A stretch of 64,000 nt of DNA. It comes from Nitrospirota bacterium. GTDB taxonomy: Bacteria > Nitrospirota > UBA9217. Shown here in pieces: positions 41,341 through 53,306 of this stretch. Each line of letters begins with the position of its first letter. Position 1 is the first letter of the stretch. Below the pieces are notes generated by a model that did not search any database, had not been told where the DNA came from, and saw only the letters and a list, made by a program, of their open reading frames with translations. Both the position numbers and the translations under genes were made by a program. The stretch covers positions 96,001-160,000 of the forward strand of contig CAVVOB010000028.1 in NCBI GenBank assembly GCA_963749655.1. The letters are read 5' to 3'.

Positions 41341-42306
41341 TCACCGGTTCATGCTCTCGGTATACATGATCATCCGGATGCTCGCATCAACTACGGCCCG
41401 GTACCTGCTTTCCAGGAACGTGCGGCAGGCGTTGTTGTTTCCCTTGGACGTACAAATGCCGCCGGACAGACTGAACCGCTTTTCATCATCGTTGCCGGCA
41501 TAGGGAGCGAAGCCCGGCTTTACGGTTTTCGGATAGCTTCCGTCCTGCGCAGGGTTCCGTATGGTCCAGAAGACCTCGGTCCACGTCTTGCCCTTCATGT
41601 CGAACGAATCAGCGGCAATGGACTTCTTCATTTCCCTTCTCGTATCATCTGCAAGTTCCTTAAGCAGCGCTTCGAGAGCGCGGGCGATTCCCTCTTCTGT
41701 GTTTCCATATTTCAGAATAGCCTCTCTGTTCAAAGCCTTTAACTCCTCGCAGCGCCCGGTCGACAGCCGGTAATCTATCCGCGCGGGGTCGAGATATTCG
41801 TCGAAGGGATCGGGCTTATTCTTCGTGAACAAGCCCTTCCACCCCTCGGCTTTTACATGATAGTTGGGCGCGACATGGGCCGGCACTGCCGTTTCCTGGA
41901 TATAATGCAATACCCTCCCGCCTGCCTCATAGAGGTCCCTGCTGTTTTTTTCCCTGCCCGCTTTCACGAACTCCTGCAGCCGCTTCTTGAAAATGCGATG
42001 GAACGACTGGGACGCTTTCATCGCATCCTTCGTCCCGTTGAAGGCATCGTAGAAATGCCAGTTTCTGATCCGGGTGCAGGTCAGATCGTCCTCATGCCGG
42101 GTGAAGTCGACAAGGATCTGTCCTGATTTTGCATCTAGCGGTTTTGCACCCGATGCACCCTGCAGCGGGCTGACGCAGGCGTTGTTGTATTCTTCAATCG
42201 CATGCGCCGTGACCTTCGAATGGAGCGCAGCGTCGATCGCGCCGGCATTCTGCCCGAAACCGAGGAACGCGATTATTAGGAATACGATGGTCGCCGAGTT
42301 TTTCAT
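41341..42306 (-). CDS. Secreted protein, phospholipase C/P1 nuclease-like zinc fold
   Basis: Signal peptide; HSKVT, WHFY and LHYIQETAVPAHV motifs. Confidence 0.55.
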   Translation of the reverse strand: MKNSATIVFLIIAFLGFGQNAGAIDAALHSKVTAHAIEEYNNACVSPLQGASGAKPLDAKSGQILVDFTRHEDDLTCTRIRNWHFYDAFNGTKDAMKASQSFHRIFKKRLQEFVKAGREKNSRDLYEAGGRVLHYIQETAVPAHVAPNYHVKAEGWKGLFTKNKPDPFDEYLDPARIDYRLSTGRCEELKALNREAILKYGNTEEGIARALEALLKELADDTRREMKKSIAADSFDMKGKTWTEVFWTIRNPAQDGSYPKTVKPGFAPYAGNDDEKRFSLSGGICTSKGNNNACRTFLESRYRAVVDASIRMIMYTESMNR

Positions 42307-42833
42307 TGAGGATATCTCCTTCAATTCCTTTTGTTTGAAGAACAGGAGTTATCGTGGAGGGACTGATTGATTATAAGGATATGCGGTCCGGTGTCAAGGC
42401 CGGGAAAGCCGGGTCCTGGGTCCAGCACAGCCGGGGTGCGGATGTCAAAAGACCGCAAACCCGGAAAGAATTTTTTTATGCTATTATATACCGCAAGAGG
42501 GGGGGGCGAAAGGAGCAATGATGAGTGCATTCGTTCAGGAAGCCGCGAGTCCGCGCCTGTCATCGGTCCGAAAAAGAACGGCACGGAGGTCCGTCAAATG
42601 GACCAACCTCTGTCCCTATACCCTCGAGGACCGCAGCAAGTGCTCTTCAAAGAAGCCCTTCAGGCGCGTGTGTGCATACACTCTCGAGGCCGGCTGCAAA
42701 TGATCCCGGCCGATTGTTTATTCTTGATCTGTAATGGGGATTCTCACTGGTCTGAGGAGTTGGGCCTTGAAATATCAGTTGCGAAAATTTACAACTGGCC
42801 GTTAAATCGCGGAAAATTTCGAGCGGCCGCAAC

Positions 42834-43058
42834 TTGCGTAATCGAAAATCTATGCTATACTTTGAGCCAGGTTGTCTGAAATCATTCAACACAGTTTGCC
42901 TTGGGTTTTGAGAGGAGAGGTACCGCAAGTATACAAAATGCCTTCATGCATCATGCGGTGTGCAAGCCCTCACGGAAGCAGAGAGGGTAGCCTAAAGCAT
43001 GTGCTGGGGCGGACTACTTGTCAACCAGCCTCGCAACTACTCAAAACTCAAGGCAGAC
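42834..43058 (+). ncRNA. Candidate ncRNA: sigma70 promoter plus 165-nt rod-like hairpin
   Basis: TTGCGT-N16-TATACT with TG; 19-bp closing stem 42894-42912/43040-43058 and nested stems. Confidence 0.45.
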
Positions 43059-43128
43059 CTTAATTCCCTTCTGTAAACCCCTCGTAGACTGAAACAACCT
43101 CAATCCTCTCGGCAATTTAGAACCCCAC

Positions 43129-44135
43129 ATGGGGTCAGACATCGGAAACTAGGTTTTATCCAGCTGTCTTTTGATCTTGGCAACGTGTCCGGCCATGCTC
43201 AAGCGTTCCGGTTCATAGCCGCTGATCGAAGCTCCGTCGATGGAAAGATAGGCCGCTATATCTTTGACCGTATGACCCATGCTTCGCGCAACAAAGCTGA
43301 CAACATTTCTCGCTCTCGTTACAGTTCTAACACGCGTCCCTGACCGAAGTGTCGCCTTATCAATGCCTTCTGTGCGTTCTACCGCGTCCGCGATGTCATC
43401 CAATGACACCCGTTTCCTTTTTGAAGAATTATCTTCTATCCGCTCAGCCAGCACACGTTCGACAAACGCGTCGCTTCCCTTCAGCCTCTGATCTTTGACA
43501 GCATAGACTTCATCGGGTTTCAGATCCTCCGGTTCCCGCATGAATTCCCGATACAGGCGCTTCGCCCGGGACTTACTCTCCGAGAACATCCTCAATACAT
43601 GATCCGTATCAACCAGACTCAACGGGTTTAATTTTCCCGAATAGGCATGATGACTGCTCCAGGGGTAGCGGTCCAGACGGTCGGCAATCTTGGCTCGGAG
43701 GGAATTTCTCTGGAGATACCGGAGCAAAGCCAGCAGGTACTCTTCCTTCTCGCACAGGATCGCCTTGTAACGTCCCTGGAACTAATGGCCGACCGTACGG
43801 TACTTGTGGTTGTAATAGAGAGTGTATCGTTGATTGAGGCCCTGGAGTATCTTGGACAGCGGTATCTCTCGGGTTTCGATCAGAAGATGAACATGGTTCC
43901 CCATGAGAATATAGGCATGGAGGAAGAACTTATAGCGGTTTTTATAGATCGCGAGGAACTGGAGATATTTCTGGTAATCCGGGGTATCTTGGAAAATCTT
44001 CTGGCGCTGGTTGCCGCGGGTAATGATGTGATAGAATGCGCCCTCGTACTCGATGCGAGGTTTGCGTGCCATGGCGCAAGAGTATTAAAAGGCGGCGCAG
44101 ATGTCAATAACCTAATTTCCGATGTCTGACCCCAT
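43129..44135 (-). mobile_element. RAYT-like HUH (Y1) transposase element with 27-bp terminal inverted repeats
   Basis: ATGGGGTCAGACATCGGAAA(C/T)TAGGTT at both ends, 26/27 identical. Confidence 0.8.
43149..44072 (-). pseudogene. REP-associated tyrosine transposase-like gene with C-terminal HTH and an in-frame TAG at 43782-43784
   Basis: MARKPR, YHIITRGN, LMGNHVHLL (HUH), GH*FQGRYK, RYLQRN, YPWSS; DnaA-C-like tail. Confidence 0.85.
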
Positions 44136-44145
44136 TCGGTCCCCC

Positions 44146-44664
44146 TTATCTTATGGTGCCTGAGAGGACAGGGACGAGACCAGCAATATCAGCCCCATTC
44201 ATGTCTTTTGTAACAAGGCCGGACAGACTGAAGTCCTCCACCGTGGGGCTATACCCCGCTGAGATCGAGCAGTTGACGGTGGAGAACTCCCCCATACTGA
44301 ATCCGTGTGCGCTGGCGATCACGATTTTTATCGTTGCCGGGAATGTGCCTGAAGCCGCCGAGTATACCCCATACGTTATCGAATCCGGGGCCGCCGCACC
44401 TGATGCAGTAACTACGCCGTCGTCGGTCCATGGCGGGTTCACGGTACTGTTCGCCGTAACTCCCGGCGGCAGAGCGAGAGTAACATCTATGCCGTATATC
44501 ACGGTTGCAGTCCCTGATGTAGCCAGCGAGATAACTGCCGCGGTCGGCTGAGGCGCTGCGTTGTTGCCGCCCCCCGTGCTGCCGCACGCAGCAAGCATGA
44601 GCAGCATCAGTATAAATGTCAGGGATCCTGGATTCACCATTTTCTTCATAGAAGTATTCTCCAT
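44146..44664 (-). CDS. Lipoprotein, putative cohesin-like beta-sandwich
   Basis: LAACG lipobox, Gly linker, IYGIDVTLALPPGVT..IVIASAHGFSMGEFSTV. Confidence 0.65.
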   Translation of the reverse strand: MENTSMKKMVNPGSLTFILMLLMLAACGSTGGGNNAAPQPTAAVISLATSGTATVIYGIDVTLALPPGVTANSTVNPPWTDDGVVTASGAAAPDSITYGVYSAASGTFPATIKIVIASAHGFSMGEFSTVNCSISAGYSPTVEDFSLSGLVTKDMNGADIAGLVPVLSGTIR

Positions 44665-44674
44665 AGAAAAAATT

Positions 44675-47600
44675 TTACCAGATTATCAAGCCGACTGCCC
44701 GTCTCAGGATCACGACAACATCTCCTATGTCGATCGTTCCGTTCGGCTGGGGCTGCCCGTTTACGAGCGGCGACACGTCGCCGTGGACTAGATCGTCGGA
44801 TGTTGCCGTCTCGACTCCCGCTACGATGCGAAGAGCCTTAAGAGCATCGGTCACGTCAACAATACCATCTTTGTTAAAGTCACCGTCCGGCACCCACCTG
44901 ATAGTCGTGCTAGTAAAAGTTGCCGTTACCCCACCGATGGTAAGCGTCGTATCCATTGCAGTTGAATAGGCGTCAGATGATATTTGCCGCACCACGACTG
45001 CCTGTCCGTTTGTTATGGTCCCGGTCTCTGAAGTGTACAAACCTCCGTCAATGGAATACTTTCCTCCTGTGATGCTGATAGATGCAGGCGTATTGATACC
45101 TGTCACTGTTATGGAATCCGATATAATTTCGCTGTTCAGAGAGACATCAATTTGACTCGCAAAAACAAAAGCATCGGGCTCGCGATCCAAATATTCATAT
45201 GCTCCGATGTCCACATACTGGCCTAAGACTCTCGGATTTCCGTCAATGTCTTTGGATAGCATGGAGGGAGCGGAGTTTTCCCCCGCATCGATCAGGGGTG
45301 AATTCGACGAAAGATGATAATCACCGGCGGACTGGTTATTGAACAGAGGATCTCTATTCAGATTAGAGCCCTCGATCGTGAAAGTACCCGATACTTTATC
45401 AGGATCAAAATCATTGTTAAAAGCATTTACCGTCGAACCAAGACGAGAATTATCTATGAAAATTTCGCCGCCTTGCTGGTCTGCATTACCCCATATGACA
45501 TTGCTGTACATATTGACGACCGTCGTATAATTGCCTATATGGAGATAGAAGCCGGCGCCGCTCTGCGTGCCTGCTCCATTCCCGCTTATCGTGTTGTTGA
45601 TAACATCGGCGTTCCCGGCAACAAACAAGTACAAGCCGGCAAATAAATCGCTGGCATGATTGTCAGTGATGACATTGCCGGATACGATCAATGAGCCGGG
45701 ATTATTAACGTTGACTCTAGCGCCTCCTCCAAAGCTTGCAGTATTGTTGCTTATTATATTTCCAGTGAGATTTACGGAACCGCTTGAGCCCATATTTATC
45801 CCACCAACCTCATTCGCGGCCGTATTATTCTGTATGATACTGTTTGATACGGCTATCCGGTTGCCGTTGCTCCACAAAAGCAGCCCTCCGTTATTGTAAG
45901 CTTTGCCGTTTTTGATGGAAACGCCGTCAACAACGAGCTGAGCAGATGGTGTGCTGTTCAATCCGTAAATGTAAAGGACCCCCGGGGAACCATATCCCTG
46001 ATCTATATTTTCTCCATCAAGAACCGTATTGGCAGGATTGAGGTCCCTTACAGCGCAATCCAGAGAGACGCCGGAGTACCCCCCCTGGAGAACGAGGCTA
46101 TAGGGCTTGTCAGTTTGATAAGAGAACGCCGACCTGTTGTTCTCCGATATGCCATACGTCCCCTGTAGTATTTTAACGATGTTGTTTTCATTGTTGATCT
46201 TTGCATTATTGAGCGCATTTTGAAGTTCTCCACTTGTATGTACACAATGGACCTGAGTGCAGGCATCTCCAAAACCAAAGCCATTGGAGTCAAGTTGATC
46301 GGGATTGTATGTCGTCGGACAATTGTCAAGAACATCCGCGATTCCATCACCATCGGCATCCAGCGCTTCGACTCCCGCAGTAGTAACGGTGAAGACATCA
46401 CTCATTTCGCCGATGAAAAGGGTTGCTTCGACCGTTGTCGAAGCGCTTGATGATGAATTTAGACGAACTGTAACCGCCTGACCATTGACGACAGAGCCCA
46501 TAAGAGAAGTATATACTCCCCCATTAATCGAATATTCTCCACCGATAACAGCAATGGAAACGGGGACGGTGATGCCGGTAATTGTAATCGTATTCGAACT
46601 GACGAGCGTGTTGATTTGAACGCCCGTCTGATCCTCAAGTACAAAGGCATCCGGCGTGGCATCTGAAGCCTCTGTTGTTACGGAGAAGATACCTGCAACA
46701 TCGCCAATCGTGAGGCTGGCACCAGTGGTCGTTGAATTATTCGGAGAAGACGTGACCCGTAATCGAACCGAGTCGCCGTTACGAATCGTACCGGCTGTGC
46801 CGACCCACTGACCGCTGTTATCGACCTCATACTCGCCGCCGCTGATTGAGATCACAGCAGTACTGTTTATCCCGGTCACAGTAATGGCATTCGACATGAC
46901 CTGGGCGTTCACTGTGATGCCGGTTTGAGCGATAAAGCTGAACGCGTCGGGAGTGGCATCGTATGCGACGATCTTTCTGATACGGTGATCGCCCGTGTCG
47001 GCGATATAGACATCTCCCGTACTGTCGAAAGCAACACCGGAAGGCCCGTTCATGCTTGCATCGGTGGCAGGGCCGTAGTCGCCGGCAGAACTGTAATCTC
47101 CATTTCCGGCTATTGTACTGATCAATCCGGTTGAAGCATCTACCTTCCGAACATTATACGTGTCAGCAATGAATAAATCTCCCCCGCTCGTGACGCTGAT
47201 GCCGCGCGGGTTATACAATGTGCGCCAACGTGGCAGCACCGTTGTCTCCGGAGTATCCGGAAGTTCCATTTCCCGCAACGGTCGTTATCAATCCTGTTGT
47301 TGCATCTACCTTCCGGATACTGCTGTTATTCGTGTCCGAAATATAAATATTCCCGGAGCCGTCAACGGCCACAGCCTGCGGCATTGCAAGGCTCGCTGCT
47401 GTGGCAGGACCATTGTCTCCGGCATAACCGTAACCGTAACTGCCGGCAACAGTCGTGATCACGCCGGTAATTGCGTCCACTCTCCGAATACGGCTGTTAT
47501 ACGTGTCCGCAATATATATGTTGCCGTAGCTGTCAAGGGCGACTCCAAAAGGAACGCTGATCCACGCTGATGTCGCCGGTCTGTTATCTCCCGAATACCC

Positions 47601-50600
47601 TCCTGACCCACTGCCTGCCACCGTCGTGATCACTCCGGTAGTTGCATCCACTCTCCGAATACGGTTGTTATTCGTGTCTGCGATGTAAATGTTCCCGGGA
47701 CCGTCGACCGCTATACCCCGGGGAGTAAAGAGACAAGCTGCTGCAGCCGGGCCGTTGTCTCCGCACAATCCAGAAGTTCCACTGCCCGCTACGGTTGCGA
47801 TAACGCCTGATAATGCGTCTACCCTCCTGATACGGTTGTTGTCTGTATCCGCAATAAAGATGTTGCCTTCCCTATCAACAGCAATGTTCCCGGGTTCAGA
47901 AAAGAGTGCGAAAACAGCAGGCCCGCCGTCTCCAGTATAGGCCCCGCCATAGGCACTGACGCTGACCCCCGCTACCGTAGAAATAACTCCTGTTGCTACA
48001 TCAACTCTTCTGATGCGGCTGTTATTCGTATCGACAATAAGAATTCCCGTTGCCTCTGCGACTACTCCACGAGGAGAAGCCAAACTTGCTGACACTGCAG
48101 TCCCCTTGTCGCCGGCAAATCCTGACGTGCCCGTTCCTGCTATCGTGGTGATGACTCCGCTCACAGCATCCACCTTCCGGACACGGTGATTAGTTGTGTC
48201 AGCTATATATACATTGCCGCCGCTGTCGGCACTGATACCGCTCGGGTAATACAATGCTGCCGATACTGCAGCGCCGTTGTCTCCGGAATATCCAAATGTT
48301 CCATTACCAGCCACGGTCGTGATCACTCCGGTAGTTGCATTTACCTTCCTTATGCGGCTGTTACTCGAGTCCGCAATATAAACATTTCCGGAACCATCGA
48401 CCGCCACGCTTTCCGTATAACTGAGGCGAGCAGTTGTGGCAGGACCGGTGTCTCCGGAAAATCCATACGTCCCATCGCCCGCTATGGTCGTAATAATTCC
48501 TGTTTGTGCATTTACCTTCCTGATGCGGTAGTTGCTTGTATCTGCGATATACATATTGTTAAAGCTGTCTACAGCAATTCCTCCAGGGTTGATTTGTGCT
48601 GAAGTGGCCGGTCCATTGTCTCCGGAAAAACCTGCGGTCCCATTGCCAGCCACCGTTGTGATCACTCCCGTCTCTGCGCTTATCTTTCTGACGCGTTCGT
48701 TGTTCCCGTCACTGAAGTAGATATTTCCTGCGCTGTCGAGCGCTACACCCACCGGATAGCTTAGCGCAGCTGACGAAGCAGCACCGTTATCCCCTGAGTA
48801 GCCGGCCGAACCATTACCGGCAATAGTAGAAATCACTCCTGTTGCAGCATCGATTTTTCGTATTCGATTCCCGGAAGAATCTGCAATGTATATGTTTCCG
48901 ACTGCGTCTTTCGCCGCGCTGGAAGGATGCGCAAGTCTTGCCGTGGTCGCCGGCCCGCCGTCACCAACGCCTCCGGCTATAGTATAGATATCCCCGATGT
49001 TGTACAGATTGTATGTTATTGATGTTTCCGCCGGGTACGCTGTGAGATCCCCCATGTTCCGTACCTGCACGCCGACCATATACTCTCCGGATTGATAGCC
49101 GGTTGTGTCCCAGCTCCAGGTATTGGAGGTCGAATAGTCCTGAACCGTTGCCCAGGTCCCCGCAGTCCGAAGTCGAAATTTATACTCGTAGTGACCTGTG
49201 CCGCCGCTGCCGGTGGCTATGAACGAAACAAGCGAGCCGGCCGGCTGAGGATTCACAAGGTTTGTCGTCAGAGCAGCGCTGATATCTGATGACGTTACAA
49301 CACCGAAGGTGGATGAAACCCATCCGATTGTCAGAATGGTATCGGTCCTTGTGCCGTACGTTGGTGCTGACATCTGGCGCACCCGGACAACGTTGCCGTT
49401 GACAACGGTGCCGGCCATGCTTGTCCAAGTTCCGCTGTCGTTGACCTCGTACTCGCCGCCCGAGATTGTCAGTGGCGCAGGTGAATTGATGCCCGTGACA
49501 GTGACACTGTTCGATATAATCACCGTATTGATCGCTGCATTCGTCTGTTCACTGAAGATGAACGGCTCAGGCGTCGTATCGGGAGGCATAGTAGTAACTC
49601 CGAAAGTATCGGAAACCCCTCCAATCATCAGAACCGCGTTGGTCGTCGTAGAATACCTTGATGACGACATCAGCCGTACCCGGATCGTATCGCTATTGTT
49701 GGCGGTCCCACTCGCGCTCGACCAGATCCCGCTCCCGTTGATTTCGTACTCACCGCCCGAGATCATAATCGTTGTGGCCGCGACAATACCGTTAACGGTG
49801 ATGCTATTAGAGATAATCATCGTATTGGTTGCCGCGTCAGTCTGGTCGGTTAATGCGAACGGATCCGGCGTGGTATCGGGTGGCAGGGTGGTAACACTAA
49901 AGGTATCGGAAACCCCTCCGATCGTCAGAACCGCATTGGTCGTTGTTGAATAGGCTGAAGACGACATCAACCGAATACGGACCGGATTCTCGTTACTCAC
50001 CGTTCCTGTCTGAGACGTCCAAAGCCCGCTATTGTTGATCTCATATTGACCGCCTGTTATCGAGATCGGAACTCCTCCTGTAATACCGGTGACCGTTATT
50101 GTATTCGAAGTAGCAAGCGTGGACAGCGGGAAGTTTGCCTGGTCAATGAAACTGAAATTATTTGGTGGTGTGCCCCACGGAATGACGCTATTTGAAGCTT
50201 CTGACTCCGGCCCGGTTCCGACTGCGTTTGTCGCCCTTACCTTAAAGGTATAGGCCGTGCCGTTCATGAGTCCGGTCACGATGTGCGTAGTATCAGGCGA
50301 TCCGCCCGTGCTGTCCACACCGCCGACCGGATTTGATATTACGGTATACGCCGTTATCGGGCTGCCGCCATCATAGGCCGGCGCCGTAAACGTTACGGTC
50401 GCTGACTCATAACCTGCAATCGCTGTGACATCGGTCGGTGCGTCGGGACCCGTCTGCGGGGTCATAAGAGTATACGCGGTCATGCTTCCCGGGATAAGCG
50501 TGCTTTTATTCATGGAGGTTGCTTCCTGCCCATCGCCTGCAAATGCATATACCGTATGCAATCCCACAGTTTGTGAAGGGATAGTGAAACTTCCGCTATT

Positions 50601-52847
50601 GTCCGCTACAGTTGCATGCTGCCACGCGCCGGTCCACGTGTCTACTTGATAATATATATTTTGCACAGTGGGGGCTATGGGAGAGTAGCTGCTTGTTGTG
50701 GTATAACTAAGGGTAGGATTGCTGACGAGCGCAGTATTGCCCTCCAGCGGAGTGATGGCGACGGTAAGCGGAATGGGCTGGACCTCTTGTTCAGAAATGG
50801 CCGTAACATTAGCACTTGTATAGTTTGCCACGTATATCCTGTTCGTCGCCGGATTTACCGCGAGGGCGATCGGAGATGAACCGACTGCAACAGATACCGT
50901 TGTATTCGTAGCTCCATCGATCACGGTCACACTTGCATCGCCATTATTCACGGCGTATATTTTGTTGGTGGCAGGGTTCACGGTCACATCTTCGGGAAAC
51001 GCCCCTGCGCCGACACCGGACGTGCTGTTTGTTGCGCCGTCTATTACGGTTACGCTGGAGCCACCATGATTCGTGACATATATCCTGTTTGTAAACGGAT
51101 TTACTGCAATAGCATGGGGGAGTGAACCGACCGCGACAGTAGTTGGGACGTTCGTAGCTCCATCTATGACTGTTATACTGCTACTTTCATAATTTGCCAC
51201 GTAGACCTTGTTAGTGACGCTGTTCACGTCTATAGCACAGGGAGACGAGCCGACGGTAACCGCAGCTGTATCATTCGTGTCGCCGTCAATCACGGTTACA
51301 TTATTGTCGACGTGGCTTACGACATATATATTATTAGTGACTACATTAATTGCCAGCGCAGTCGGGAAAAGACCCACTGCGACATTTGTAGTCCCGTTCG
51401 TTTCTCCGTCAATAACGGTCACGGTATTGGTCCCGTTGTTTGAAACATAGATTTTATTGGTGACCGGATTTATTTTTATATGCTCGGGATTCGCGCCAAC
51501 GGGAACCGTTGTTGTCGTATTGGTCAAGCCGTCTATGACGGTTACTGTATCACTGTTATAGTTGGAGACATATATCTTGTTTGTTACAGGATTCACAGAG
51601 GCTTCGTACGGATATCTACCGGTCGCTATGGTAGCCGTCGTGTTGGTTTCGCCGTCTATCATCGTCACCGTGTCGGCGAGATAATTTGTAACATACACCT
51701 TGTTCGTTACAGCGTTCACGGCCACGGAACTGGGGCTGGAACCCGCATCAATAGTCGTGGTGACATTCTTCGCTCCGTCTATCACGCTGACGTTTTTGCT
51801 CCAATTATTCACCACGTATATCTTATTGGTGACGGAGTTTGCCGTCACTGCGACGGGGTACGAACCTGCGGATATTGTGCTCGTGGCATTCGTCGCCCCG
51901 TCTATTATGGTCACCACACTGCGGTTCGCCACATATACTCTGTTGGTAGCGGTGTTTACAGACACGGACCCGGGCTGCCAATCAGCGGCAATCGTGGTTG
52001 TTCCCTCCGTTGAGCCGTCTATGACCGTGACATTATAGCTTCCTGAATTTGCCACATAGATCTTGTTGGTGACGGGATTCGCTGCCACAGCGGTAGGATA
52101 CGATCCGGTTGCAATGGTGGCCGTGCTATTCGTCGCCCCGTCTATAACCGTAACGGTATTGCCCCAATAATTGGAAACGTATATCTTGTTAGCAACGGGA
52201 TTGACAGCTATGCTTACCGGACCGGAACCCGCGGTGATGGTTTCTAGGGCATTTGTTACCCCATCAATGACCGTTACGCTTGCACTATTCATGTTTGCCA
52301 CGTATATTTTGTTCGTAACGGGGTTTACCGCCACCGCATTAGGACTTGTCCCCGCGGTAACAGTGGATGTGGTGTTCGATTTCCCGTCGATAACGGTTAC
52401 ATTAGCACTATTAAAATTTGCAACATATATCTTATTGGTGATTGAGTTTACGGCTATTGCCATTGGGCAGGAACCGACGGCGACGGTCGACGTGGCGTTC
52501 GTTGCACCATCTATGACGGTAACAGTGTCGCTGCCTCTATTCCCCACGTATATTTTATTAGTAATAGAATTTACTGCTACGGGCCCTGGACTCACACCCA
52601 CCGAGACAGTGACGGCTGCGTTCGTCTCGCCATCTATCACGGTCACGGTTTGGCTGTCGAAATTCGTCACATATGTCTTGTTCGTAACAGGATTCACCGC
52701 TGCGTCAAGAGGGTTCGATCCGACGGGTATCGAAGCAGTTACATATTCGGCTTGAGCCAACAATGGTGCAAGCAGAAAAACACAAAAGAACATCGAGCAT
52801 ATGGCAACAGAGAGTGCCGGTTTCATAGATCTTCTAAAATGTTTCAT
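44675..52847 (-). CDS. Giant (about 2720 aa) secreted adhesin-like protein with C-terminal dockerin-like domain (1-nt frameshift near 47222)
   Basis: Signal peptide; 16 YVTN-type repeats; FN3; 6 DxTPDxF-type repeats; 12 NHL repeats; TSP3 motif DADGDGIADVLDNCP; beta-helix; GDFNKDGIVDVTDA..GTIDIGDV. Confidence 0.88.
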
Positions 52848-53251
52848 ATTATTGATACCCTCTTGTCATAAGGATCTTTGGAAACGTTCTTGCTATTTGA
52901 TAGTGGGAATCATATACAGGACAGGCTTAAAGTTTGTCTTGTTTCCCTTCTGCCAATTGAACCCCTGCTGGACCCACTCCGGGCGTCGCGGCATTTAAAG
53001 CTTTCTATTCCAGACGTCGTTCATATCGCAAAATGTGCCCGAGGCATTCTGCGAAAAACGCTCTTAAACACTGATCATAATGCCGTACAGGCGTTGAAAG
53101 GTCAGACCTTGAAGTAAAGGGACAGCCTCAATTCTTCAAACCCCTTTGCCGACCTGCCTGATCGAGGGATGGGATTTCAATTCGAAATGTGGAAAGAACT
53201 GTTTGAAATGATTTGATTAAACAGCGGAATCCATCGTAGCTGGATAGCGTG

Positions 53252-53306
53252 ATTATACGGATATACGACCTGTTGTCAAGAATGCCGATGGGGTATTTTT
53301 AGGGTA
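53252..53306 (-). promoter_or_regulatory. Consensus sigma70 promoter with upstream TACCC direct-repeat box
   Basis: Minus strand: TACCCTAAAAATACCCCAT, 8 nt, TTGACA-N16-TATAAT. Confidence 0.75.

Noticed and set aside
42960-42990. SRP RNA suggested by GGAAGCAG
   Set aside because: Lacks the CAGG-stem-GNRA arrangement of SRP helix 8.
47200-52760. CRISPR-like periodic repeats
   Set aside because: The periodicity comes from protein repeats (YVTN, NHL) within an open frame; there are no identical repeats with unique spacers and no cas genes.
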